A stretch of 64,000 nucleotides of DNA, from positions 12,690 through 76,689 of the forward strand of contig JADZAY010000009.1 of NCBI GenBank assembly GCA_020852375.1, in the 5' to 3' direction. The notes under the pieces were generated by a model that was not told where the DNA came from, ran no database searches, and saw nothing but the letters and a program-made list of their open reading frames with translations. Made by a program: the position numbers and the translations under genes. The stretch is from Candidatus Yanofskybacteria bacterium. GTDB lineage: Bacteria; Patescibacteriota; Minisyncoccia; 2-02-FULL-40-12; GWA2-44-9. This document shows positions 18,928 to 27,936 of the stretch, in pieces (the first letter of the stretch is position 1; the number at the start of each line of letters is the position of its first letter).

Positions 18928-20670
18928 ATGGACGAATCCCTCTCGATCGCACAATCCATCGCACCGTCAGCGCTCCACATCACCCCGAACTACCTCCAGG
19001 TGGGGGACAAGTATGCGCGTACCATCGTGATCGCTTCGTACCCACGGTATTTGAACGCGAGTTGGCTCTCTCCGATCATCAATTTCGACAAGGTTCTCGA
19101 CATATCGATCTTCGTGAATCCGCAACAGACCTCCACAGTTCTCAAACAGTTGCGCGACAAGCTTGCACACGTCCAGGCCCAGATCATGGAGGAGGAGGCG
19201 GCTGGGAAGGTTCGGAACCCGGTACTCGAGACGGCCGCGCAAGACATCGAAGCGCTCCGCGATGAGCTTCAGCAGGGGACCGAACGCTTCTTCCAGGTTG
19301 GCCTCTATATCACCATCTACGAGAACAGCCCGCAGGAGCTGGACGAAACCGAAAAGACCATCCGCAGCATCCTCGACGGCCAGCTGGTCGTTGCCAAGCA
19401 GGCGACATTCCGTATGCTCGAGGGATTCCTGACCACATCGCCGCTCGCCGACGACCGCATTCAGGCGCTTACCGCACTCAACACGCAGCCGGTAGCATCG
19501 ATGTTCCCGTTCATATCGAGCGATCTTACCAGCGACTCCGGCATCTTGTATGGAGTGAACACGACGAACAATTCGCTCGTGCTCTTCGATCGCTTCTCGC
19601 TCGAGAACGCGAACACCGTGCTGTTCGCAAAGTCCGGTGCCGGAAAAAGCTACACCGTGAAGCTCGAGATCCTGCGTTCACTGATCATGGGGACGCAGAT
19701 CCTCGTCATCGACCCTGAGGACGAATATAAATATCTGAGCGACACGGTCGGCGGCACGAACGTGAAGATCTCGATCAACTCCGATCAGCACATCAATCCA
19801 TTCGACCTCCCGACACCAAAAGACGAGGAATCGTGGAGCGACGTGTTCAACTCACACATCCTTGGCCTCGCTGGCCTCATAAAACTGCTCATGGGAGGCC
19901 AGTTGTCACCGGAAGAGGAATCGATGATCGACCAGGCGCTCATCCAGACATACGCCCTGAAAGACATTACCCCCGATACCGACTTCTCGAATCTACCGCC
20001 GCCAGTGTTGAGCGACCTCCAAAGCATCCTCGAGGGGATGGCGGGGGCGGAACGCATGGCAACGCGCCTCAAGAAGTTCACCGAAGGAACATTCGCAGGA
20101 TTCCTCAACAATCCGACCAATGTTCCACTCGACAACCAGCTCGTCGTCTTCGGCATCAGAGACCTGGAAGACGAGCTTCGCCCGATCGCTATGTACTCGG
20201 TGCTCAACTACATCTGGACACAGGTGCGTCGCGAGCGGAAGAAGCGCATCCTCGTCGTCGATGAGGCCTGGTGGATCATGAAATTCCCGGTTGGAGCTGA
20301 CTTCTTGTTTAACATCGCGAAGCGCGGCCGAAAATATTACGTCGGACTCACCACGATCAGCCAGGACATCCCCGACTTCATGAGCGCGCCGCAAGGAAAG
20401 GCGATCGTGACGAACTCCTCCATTCAGGTGCTCATGAAGCAGTCTCCGGCGGCTATCGATATTATCCAGCAGACTTTCAACCTTACCGATTCGGAGAAAT
20501 ACTACCTCCTTGAAGCGCGCGTCGGGTTCGGGTTGTTCTTCCTCGGCGCAAACCATGTCGGGCTCCGGGTGCTCGCTTCCTACGCAGAAGACCAGATCAT
20601 CACCTCAGATCCGAAACAGCTCATCGAGATCGAAAAAGCAAAGCAAGAGTGGGCGAAGCTAAATACATAG
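18928..20670 (+). CDS. virB4: VirB4-like type IV secretion ATPase
   Basis: Walker A AKSGAGKS, IDPEDEY, Walker B VVDEAW, KRGRKY, ISQD. Confidence 0.92.
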   Translation: MDESLSIAQSIAPSALHITPNYLQVGDKYARTIVIASYPRYLNASWLSPIINFDKVLDISIFVNPQQTSTVLKQLRDKLAHVQAQIMEEEAAGKVRNPVLETAAQDIEALRDELQQGTERFFQVGLYITIYENSPQELDETEKTIRSILDGQLVVAKQATFRMLEGFLTTSPLADDRIQALTALNTQPVASMFPFISSDLTSDSGILYGVNTTNNSLVLFDRFSLENANTVLFAKSGAGKSYTVKLEILRSLIMGTQILVIDPEDEYKYLSDTVGGTNVKISINSDQHINPFDLPTPKDEESWSDVFNSHILGLAGLIKLLMGGQLSPEEESMIDQALIQTYALKDITPDTDFSNLPPPVLSDLQSILEGMAGAERMATRLKKFTEGTFAGFLNNPTNVPLDNQLVVFGIRDLEDELRPIAMYSVLNYIWTQVRRERKKRILVVDEAWWIMKFPVGADFLFNIAKRGRKYYVGLTTISQDIPDFMSAPQGKAIVTNSSIQVLMKQSPAAIDIIQQTFNLTDSEKYYLLEARVGFGLFFLGANHVGLRVLASYAEDQIITSDPKQLIEIEKAKQEWAKLNT

Positions 20671-20671
20671 T

Positions 20672-21697
20672 ATGCCAGGAGAAGTATCGCCCCAAACACC
20701 AACAAACATCGTTCCACCGCCTCCGCAAAATGGTGGAGGTACACCGAAACCAGTCGATGGGGTCGGGGTGGGGGGCGCTATCGAGACGAGCGTAAACATT
20801 GCTGAGCGCCGTAAAGTCAAAAGAGATATCCGGGAAACGCGCCGCGTCTATGACATCGCAGCCGCCTCAGGAGCAACAACCCGAACCCGAGGAGCCAGAA
20901 CGGCGGGCGCCGTGCTTTCGTCGCCAGACCTTCCCCAAGAAGTCCGCGGACTCGCCGAGCGGCTCCGCTCGCTCATCTCTGACAACAAACGGAAAAGCGA
21001 AGATCGGACAAAGGAGTTCGACGCCATCCGCCGATCCATCAAGCGGTCGTTCATCGGTATCACCGGACTCGCACTGTATATCGCAATCTCCGCCGACATC
21101 CTCAGCATCTTTGACGCGGGGTGGATCATCTCGTGGGCAATTCCGATCGTGCTATTCTTCGTGGCTCGCCGCATCGGAGCGATCAATAAAGGAGCTGAGC
21201 GCGCGCAAAAGGCGTACGCAGCAACCCTCCGGGAGCTTCAGCTCATCAACCAACGCCTCGGCACCATCCCTGGGCAGCAACAGCGGCCCGTCCTTGCCGG
21301 TCTTACTGAACAGCTTCAGGGAAAAGTCGGTCAGTACATGACCCGGTTCGTCCTCGAAACCGCTGGCATACAAGGATTCGAGCTCATACCGATCCTGGAC
21401 TGGCTTCCCGCATACACCGGCGGAGTTGTGAAGGTAGCCATCGACCAGTACAACGCGTACCAAAAAGCTCAGCGCATGCTCCCGCCGCTTCAGGAGGCGT
21501 TCGCTCGCCTCGAACAGCTCGAGACGGAAGAAGTTGCGGCGCTCGAAGCGCAGCTCAGTGAAGCGCTTGCGTTGTATCAGCCGGAATTCACCGAGCGGTT
21601 TTATGTATCAGAAGAGGCCCCCCGTATCATGGATATAACCCGACCCTCGACGCGACCGCTCGAAGCGCCGTTGCTCGTACCCGAACCCGCACTATGA
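20672..21697 (+). CDS. Hypothetical membrane protein
   Basis: TM hairpin plus ELIPILDWLP motif; in operon. Confidence 0.75.
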   Translation: MPGEVSPQTPTNIVPPPPQNGGGTPKPVDGVGVGGAIETSVNIAERRKVKRDIRETRRVYDIAAASGATTRTRGARTAGAVLSSPDLPQEVRGLAERLRSLISDNKRKSEDRTKEFDAIRRSIKRSFIGITGLALYIAISADILSIFDAGWIISWAIPIVLFFVARRIGAINKGAERAQKAYAATLRELQLINQRLGTIPGQQQRPVLAGLTEQLQGKVGQYMTRFVLETAGIQGFELIPILDWLPAYTGGVVKVAIDQYNAYQKAQRMLPPLQEAFARLEQLETEEVAALEAQLSEALALYQPEFTERFYVSEEAPRIMDITRPSTRPLEAPLLVPEPAL

Positions 21698-22851
21698 AAC
21701 CCTTCCGCGCAAACCTGAATTTTGTCCACGAACGACGCATTGCCTCAGCCGGAGTTGTGATCGGCGCGCTTGTGGCAACCGTCGTCGTCACGGCGTTCGT
21801 GTGGAGCGGAGTAGCTCCGCGTTCTCGACAGACAGCATCGATTGCAAACATCCCGGCAGATACAACACCTCCGCAAACTTTGTCACCGAAGGCTGTTCGA
21901 GTTGCTCCAGAGCCTATCAGCGAACACGCTGTCAGCTCTGTGGCCCACAGTCGAACGCCCGATACCGTCCGCTACTACGAGCAAGAGACTGGGCGTGCGT
22001 TCCAAGTCGACCTCCGCACACTCAAGACGGAAACCCTTTCGGATCGCAAGCTCCCCGGATTCATTCAGTCGTTCTGGGTCCCGAATGCAGATGCGGTAGT
22101 CTCGTTGTTCGATGAAGCGGGGAGCAAAAAGTACCGCTACTATGACTACCAGACACGAACCGCAAAAACGATTGGGTCTGCTGTATCGACGCTCGCCGTC
22201 TCTCCAAGCGGACGCCGCATCGCGTTTATCGATACGACTGGTGAATATCAAGCTCTCTATATCGGCGACACTGATGGAACCGCGGTCCGCAAGGTATTCG
22301 ATACTCGCGCGCAGCACGTCGCTCTCTCGTGGCCCCGCGAAGACGCCTTGGTGCTCACCTCACGCAGGCCGGACCGCGCTGGAACGGATATGTCGGTCAT
22401 CGGACTGAACGGCGAGCTTCGTGTCCTCATGTCGAACCGCGAAAACCTGGAGTACACATGGTCGCCAGATGGGTCGAACCTCCTCTTCTCGTACTTCTTT
22501 CCAGGGAGGGGGATTACACTATGGTATCGCTCTCTCGATAGCGCCCTTGAGATTCCCGTCCCGCTCGCCACGAGCGCTTGGAAGTGCGCCTGGCACAACT
22601 CCAACGAAAAGATCACATGCGGCGTCCCAACCACAACGCTCTCGCGAGATGTGGCGTCCGACAAAACCGCAACGATCGACACCATCGCGACCATCGATCT
22701 TCGCAGCGGGAAGGTCTCGAATCTTTACACTGGCAGTCGGGAGCCCCTCATCGGGGTCATAAATCCCTCAATCTCATCATCGCAACGATACTTCGTCTTC
22801 ACAAACCTCTTCGACCGGCGGCTGATGGAGCTCGAGTTGCCCGCGTATTAG
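21694..22851 (+). CDS. Membrane-anchored beta-propeller (TolB-like) protein
   Basis: VSPSGRRIAF and WSPDGSNLLF blades; N-terminal TM. Confidence 0.8.
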   Translation: MKPFRANLNFVHERRIASAGVVIGALVATVVVTAFVWSGVAPRSRQTASIANIPADTTPPQTLSPKAVRVAPEPISEHAVSSVAHSRTPDTVRYYEQETGRAFQVDLRTLKTETLSDRKLPGFIQSFWVPNADAVVSLFDEAGSKKYRYYDYQTRTAKTIGSAVSTLAVSPSGRRIAFIDTTGEYQALYIGDTDGTAVRKVFDTRAQHVALSWPREDALVLTSRRPDRAGTDMSVIGLNGELRVLMSNRENLEYTWSPDGSNLLFSYFFPGRGITLWYRSLDSALEIPVPLATSAWKCAWHNSNEKITCGVPTTTLSRDVASDKTATIDTIATIDLRSGKVSNLYTGSREPLIGVINPSISSSQRYFVFTNLFDRRLMELELPAY

Positions 22852-23306
22852 AGCGGCTTAATGACGACTCGGCGGTGCGGCTCCTGGCCGACACTTTCCG
22901 TGGTGAGATCGCTATACGAAGCGAGTTCTGTGTGCACGATTCTGCGCTCGTACGGACTCATCGGGTTGAGCGCTTCCGACTTCCCGGTGACGCGGACGCG
23001 TTCGGCAGTATTCCGCACGTGCGCGACAAGCTCCTGGGCGCGCTCAGCATGATAGTCGTTCACATCAACAGTGATCGCTCGCTGTTCGGGGTATTTCCGC
23101 ATCCACATCATCCGAATAATATGCTCGAGAGCCTTTAGATTTTGGCCGCCCTTCCCAATAAGAAGCCGCCCGTGCTCATCGGAACGCACCGAGACGCAAA
23201 TAGGACCGCTCTCCGGAGTGGAGACCGCCACATCGCAGGGGATCTGCAAATACTCCGTGAGCTCTTTCACGAGAGTTGTGAGACCTTCGGCATCGATGTT
23301 TTGCAT
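22848..23306 (-). CDS. jag: KH-R3H RNA-binding protein (Jag/KhpB, no Jag_N domain)
   Basis: LIGKGGQNLKALE, MSPYERRIVH, GQEPHRRVVI; follows yidC. Confidence 0.92.
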   Translation of the reverse strand: MQNIDAEGLTTLVKELTEYLQIPCDVAVSTPESGPICVSVRSDEHGRLLIGKGGQNLKALEHIIRMMWMRKYPEQRAITVDVNDYHAERAQELVAHVRNTAERVRVTGKSEALNPMSPYERRIVHTELASYSDLTTESVGQEPHRRVVIKPL

Positions 23307-23320
23307 GGTGACAGTATGGA

Positions 23321-23992
23321 TTATCGCCGCTTCAAATACAACTGTTCTCCGATAGACCACGCGGTAGTAACAACCCAATACAGTGCGAGACCGGCTGGGA
23401 GGCTCCAGCTCACCACAACAATGATGATCGGCAACAGGTACATCATTTGCTGGTTCATGGCGGCGGCCTGCCCGGATGCCGCTTGTCCTCCCATGGAGAC
23501 ACGCGCTTGTATGAATTGCATCGCTCCGGCAACAATGGCAAGTACGGGGCTCCGTTTACTGATATCGAACACGCCCAGCATGATGTGGTTCACCGTTCCT
23601 GGATCGGGGACGAATCGATAGAGGAGGTCGAGAGTCTCCGGCTTGAAGATGTTCAAAAAGACCCGATACACCCCAAACAGGACGGGGAGTTGCAGTACAA
23701 GCGGCAGACATCCGGCTAGCGGATTCACTCCTTTTTCTTTGTACAGCGCCATCACTGCCTCCGATTGTGCCTGCGTATTCCCTTTATGCTTCTCTTTAAT
23801 GGCCTCGATCTCCGGGGCAAGCTCGGCCATCCCACGCTGGGACCGAGCGGTCTTCAGAGAGAGCGGGGAGAGGGCTGCCCGGATAAGGATGGTCATCGCA
23901 ACAATGGCGACCCCGAGATCGGCAAATGCGACCGTTCCATAGAGGTACATCGTCAAATTCAGAATCGGTCGGTAGATGATCTCGGTAAACAT
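23321..23992 (-). CDS. yidC: Membrane protein insertase YidC (short form)
   Basis: NPLAGCLPLVLQLPV, PAGLALYW. Confidence 0.95.
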   Translation of the reverse strand: MFTEIIYRPILNLTMYLYGTVAFADLGVAIVAMTILIRAALSPLSLKTARSQRGMAELAPEIEAIKEKHKGNTQAQSEAVMALYKEKGVNPLAGCLPLVLQLPVLFGVYRVFLNIFKPETLDLLYRFVPDPGTVNHIMLGVFDISKRSPVLAIVAGAMQFIQARVSMGGQAASGQAAAMNQQMMYLLPIIIVVVSWSLPAGLALYWVVTTAWSIGEQLYLKRR

Positions 23993-24006
23993 GCGAGGAG
24001 GGGTGA

Positions 24007-24237
24007 TTAGCGGAGTGTGGCGTGACGTATTGCGAACGGGTTGCACTTCAAAAAGCGAAGCGTTGCGACAGCAGCTCCTCGCAGAACCCCGCGTTCACTG
24101 ATCGCCCGGATCGCATAGTCAGAGCACGTAGGCCATGAACGACATCCAGAGACGGGGAGCGCGAACGGTGAGGCGCTCAGTAGGTGTCTCCCGAACCGCT
24201 GATACATTCGGATACCCTGAATGATGAGCCGCTTCAT
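24007..24237 (-). CDS. yidD: Membrane protein insertion efficiency factor
   Basis: CRSWPTCSDYA, RFLKCNPF. Confidence 0.92.
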   Translation of the reverse strand: MKRLIIQGIRMYQRFGRHLLSASPFALPVSGCRSWPTCSDYAIRAISERGVLRGAAVATLRFLKCNPFAIRHATLR

Positions 24238-24587
24238 CGGACTAGGATAGCAGATTTTTGGAGGAGCGACACCACCTCAGCATGAAGAGTTGCCGCGTTG
24301 GGGAGGGGGAGTTTTTTCACTGAGAACACCGCGATGGAGCCGTCCGGGATATCGCGCCGACTCACCACCCGACGGACCACCTCCGAGACGCTTCTACGAA
24401 CCGCGTTTCGAAGCACCGCTTTCGGGGCGAGTTTTACCGATACAGTCACTCCGAAGCGCGTGTTCTGTGATTCGCGTATGCGTCGTACTCTCAGCGCGAG
24501 ATGCTCCGATGAGATTGGGCGCACTTCTTTGAATACTGTTGCGTACTGCTTTGCTCCGGTGAGTCGATGTTTTGAGGGTATCGCCAT
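24234..24587 (-). CDS. rnpA: Ribonuclease P protein
   Basis: RFGVTVS, KAVLRNAVRR; synteny. Confidence 0.9.
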   Translation of the reverse strand: MAIPSKHRLTGAKQYATVFKEVRPISSEHLALRVRRIRESQNTRFGVTVSVKLAPKAVLRNAVRRSVSEVVRRVVSRRDIPDGSIAVFSVKKLPLPNAATLHAEVVSLLQKSAILVR

Positions 24588-24599
24588 TACACGCTACAA

Positions 24600-24632
24600 A
24601 TATCCGCCCCGACGGATCGCCGGGGCGGATAT
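24600..24632 (-). terminator. Hairpin between rpmH and rnpA
   Basis: ATATCCGCCCCG...CGGGGCGGATAT. Confidence 0.65.
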
Positions 24633-24634
24633 GT

Positions 24635-24772
24635 TTAGACAGTCAGCTTTGCCCGTCCCTTGCTCCTCCGACGAGCGAGGACCTTTCTCCCGGATTTTGT
24701 CTTCGTTCGAGAGAGGAATCCGTGCTTCCGACTTCGTTTTGCTTTCTTGGGACGATAGCGAGTTATTTTCAT
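24635..24772 (-). CDS. rpmH: 50S ribosomal protein L34 (not in the ORF track)
   Basis: [45 protein letters not shown]. Confidence 0.96.
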   Translation of the reverse strand: MKITRYRPKKAKRSRKHGFLSRTKTKSGRKVLARRRSKGRAKLTV

Positions 24773-24945
24773 AATAGGGGTTCGCCGGTGGCGCGCACAC
24801 GACGTTCATTCATACGGAGTTTACTATGTTTGATTGTGCAAGTCAATATTTACCCGTTTTTTCCACTTGTTATAAACACTCTATCAACGTTTTTGCGATT
24901 TCTCCCTTCTTGAGCGAGGTGCGCTGAACGGTATACTTGCGGCAC

Positions 24946-26334
24946 ATGTCATCCATTCCTCCGGAAGATATTTGGAAAGCAGTGTTGGGAGAAATGGAGC
25001 TTTCTCTTTCTCGCGCGCATTTTACGACGTGGTTCAAGAACACGTCGATCGTCTCTCGTGATTCAAATTCGGTAACGGTGAGTGTTCCGAATGGTTTCGT
25101 AAAGGAATGGCTTGAGAATAAGTTCAACCGCCAAATCCTCGCTTCCGTCCGAAAGCTTTGCAATGAGATTCGAGAGGTCCGCTATATCGTCGGACAACCG
25201 AAACCAGAACCGGCACGCCAGGACATCTCTAAAATCATTATTGAGAAAGAATTCCAGGAACAGTCGGCTGTCGATCAAAGCCAAGAAATCGATAAGGTTA
25301 CCCATCTGAACAAGAAGTACTCCTTCGATTCATTCATCGTCGGCTCATCGAATGAGCTTGCCTTTGCGTGTGCCCAGTCGGTTGCCGCGAATCCTGGGAA
25401 AAACTACAACCCGCTCTTTATTTATGGTGGAGTTGGCCTAGGAAAGACGCATTTGATCCAATCCATCGGAAACAAGCTCCTCACCGATGTCCCTGAACGG
25501 AAGGTGTTGTACACATCGGGTGAGAAACTCACATCGATTATTGTGGAAGCGATCCGAAATCGAACTATCGAAGATATCAAATCGGTGTACTCCCGCCTCG
25601 ATCTCCTTGTTATTGATGACATCCAATTCATAGCCGGAAAAGACAAGACCCAAGAAGTCGTGTTCACGATCTTCAACGAGCTTCACAACCACAACAAACA
25701 GGTTGTGTGCACATCGGATCGGCCCCCGAAAGCGATCCCTGCCATCGAAGAGCGTCTTCAGTCTCGCCTCGAAGGGGGAATGTTGGTTGATATCAATATG
25801 CCCGATTTTGAAACGCGATTGGCGATTTTGAAACAAAAATCAGTTGAGCGGTCCTCACCGCTTACCGATGAAGTCCTTTCATATATAGCAACCCATATCC
25901 AAAAAAATGTTCGCGAACTCGAGGGGGCTCTTAATCGAGTGATCGCCCTGGCGCAGATCTACAACCGTCCGCCAGACCTTAAAGAGGTGAAAAACATCCT
26001 CACCGCATACTTGTCGGTTCCGTACCGAAAAACATCCCCGCAGGCTATTTTGAAAACGGTCGCCGATTTCTACAATATTTCTTCAGCCGACCTTACGAAG
26101 CGGAGTCGAAAGAAAGAGGTTGTAAAGCCGCGGCAAGTCGCCATGTTCCTTTTGCGAGAAGAAATAAAGCTTTCTTTCCCGGAAATCGGACAGAAGCTTG
26201 GTGGCCGCGACCACTCGACAGTCATCCACGCATGCGAAAAGATAAAGAAAGAAGAGGGAATCGACGAGCCACTCAAGAACGAGCTCACTATGATCCGCCA
26301 GCGTATTTACGACTCTTTCGAGCACTCGGGATAG
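24946..26334 (+). CDS. dnaA: Chromosomal replication initiator DnaA
   Basis: [33 protein letters not shown]. Confidence 0.98.
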   Translation: MSSIPPEDIWKAVLGEMELSLSRAHFTTWFKNTSIVSRDSNSVTVSVPNGFVKEWLENKFNRQILASVRKLCNEIREVRYIVGQPKPEPARQDISKIIIEKEFQEQSAVDQSQEIDKVTHLNKKYSFDSFIVGSSNELAFACAQSVAANPGKNYNPLFIYGGVGLGKTHLIQSIGNKLLTDVPERKVLYTSGEKLTSIIVEAIRNRTIEDIKSVYSRLDLLVIDDIQFIAGKDKTQEVVFTIFNELHNHNKQVVCTSDRPPKAIPAIEERLQSRLEGGMLVDINMPDFETRLAILKQKSVERSSPLTDEVLSYIATHIQKNVRELEGALNRVIALAQIYNRPPDLKEVKNILTAYLSVPYRKTSPQAILKTVADFYNISSADLTKRSRKKEVVKPRQVAMFLLREEIKLSFPEIGQKLGGRDHSTVIHACEKIKKEEGIDEPLKNELTMIRQRIYDSFEHSG

Positions 26335-26564
26335 GTTGTTGAAAACCCTGTGGATGACCTTTGTGTGCGCTGTGGGTGAAATGTGTGAATTATTCCCGCC
26401 TCCGGAAACGACCCACAAACACACCCGGGAAATAAGGTTCCCGTCCACATTCGGAATCCTTGGTTTCTCCGCGAAAGGAAAGAGAAATAGCGAGCTCCAT
26501 CCCCATATCAACACCCATAATAAGATATAGTAATATAAGTTAGATTATAGAGCAGAAAAACACT
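26335..26564. other. Putative oriC
   Basis: Degenerate DnaA boxes (TGTGGATGA, TGTGGGTGA, TGTGAATTA) and an AT-rich TAA/TAG tract before dnaN. Confidence 0.7.
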
Positions 26565-27659
26565 ATGAAGATCACGGTCCATAAAGAACGCTTCGCACGG
26601 GCCCTCGGGTTTGTTGAGCGGATAACCTCTCGAAATTCTTCTCTTCCGATCCTTAATAATGTTCTCTTAAAAACAGAACATGGGAGATTAAAGGTTTCCG
26701 CAACAAATCTCGAGATCGGTGTAACATCGGTTATCGGGGCGAGCGTTGAGCGTGAGGGTCAGATCGCTGTCCCCGGGAAGACGATCGCCGATTTTGTGCG
26801 AAGTGTGCCCGGAGAGACTCTTGATATCAATGTCGATCAGCATACGCTTTCTGCAAGCTCAGGGTCTTACCAGACATCGATTCTTTGTTTTGACCCGGCA
26901 GAGTATCCAATCATCCCAAAGATAGATGGAGGGGAGCAGTTTGTTGTTTCAGTCGAGACTCTCCAGCGGCTTATCGATACCGTGAGCGACTCCATCGCAA
27001 CATCGGATTCACGCCCCGAACTCTCTGGTGCGCTCCTTCGCTTTGATACCGGTATCGTTTCGATGGCGGCGACCGACATCTTTCGTCTTGCAGAACAACG
27101 AGAGGATGGTGAATTTTCGTCCTCTGGTGCCGCTATTGTGCCCCGTGGGACGATATACGAGCTTAGAAGGGTTCTCGGTGGTCTTTCGGGAGATATTACC
27201 GTTCACCTAACAGATAACCAGATCGCATTCGTCCACGAAGACTGCGAGATCGTTTCTCGTCTTATCGATGGGAAGTATCCTGATTATAAAAAAATAATCC
27301 CGGAACGAGCAAACGCTCGCGTGCTTGTCCGGAGAGAAGAAATAGAGAATGCGGTAAAAACAGCAGCTCTCTTTTCCTCAAGCATCTCGGACATCAAGCT
27401 CGAGTGCTCCGGTGCGGAGCTGAAGATCACCGGGAAGAACTCGAATAAAGGGGAAGCGTATGCAGGAGTAGAGGCGAATTTAAAGGGTGATCCGTTCGAT
27501 GTTTCGATGAACTATCATTACCTTCTTGATGGTTTGCGGGCTGTGCCAACGGAAAAAATCATCCTAGAGTTTACCGGCAAAGGAAGCCCATTTGTCCTTC
27601 GGCCGCACAGTGACGATCCTCGGACGGTGTATTTGATCATGCCTCTCCGGAGTTCCTAA
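26565..27659 (+). CDS. dnaN: DNA polymerase III beta clamp
   Basis: SATNLEI, ATDIFRLA, SRLIDGKYPDY, YLIMPLR. Confidence 0.97.
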   Translation: MKITVHKERFARALGFVERITSRNSSLPILNNVLLKTEHGRLKVSATNLEIGVTSVIGASVEREGQIAVPGKTIADFVRSVPGETLDINVDQHTLSASSGSYQTSILCFDPAEYPIIPKIDGGEQFVVSVETLQRLIDTVSDSIATSDSRPELSGALLRFDTGIVSMAATDIFRLAEQREDGEFSSSGAAIVPRGTIYELRRVLGGLSGDITVHLTDNQIAFVHEDCEIVSRLIDGKYPDYKKIIPERANARVLVRREEIENAVKTAALFSSSISDIKLECSGAELKITGKNSNKGEAYAGVEANLKGDPFDVSMNYHYLLDGLRAVPTEKIILEFTGKGSPFVLRPHSDDPRTVYLIMPLRSS

Positions 27660-27660
27660 G

Positions 27661-27936
27661 ATGCTGAAACCGATCCAAGCGGCCCTTGCTCAGCGTCACG
27701 CAACACTCCAACAGAACGAGCACACCACCGCAAAGGCGCAGCGGTGTGTTCGCGAGTTTGTGCAGGAACGCTACCCGAAAGCGGTTGTTGAGGTCCTCTA
27801 CCAAGAGCGGCAACGGTGTGTCGTTGTGAAAGCGCGAGGAAAGGCTTTGGCAGGAGAGTTACTCCTCCAAGCGATTGATCTCCGTGCGCACCTTCGCACT
27901 CACGGGGTGCGGGTCGAGCGGGTTATTATTCAGTAG
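27661..27936 (+). CDS. Small protein, possibly DciA/DUF721-like
   Basis: Follows dnaN; VVVKARGKALAGELLL pattern. Confidence 0.5.
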   Translation: MLKPIQAALAQRHATLQQNEHTTAKAQRCVREFVQERYPKAVVEVLYQERQRCVVVKARGKALAGELLLQAIDLRAHLRTHGVRVERVIIQ

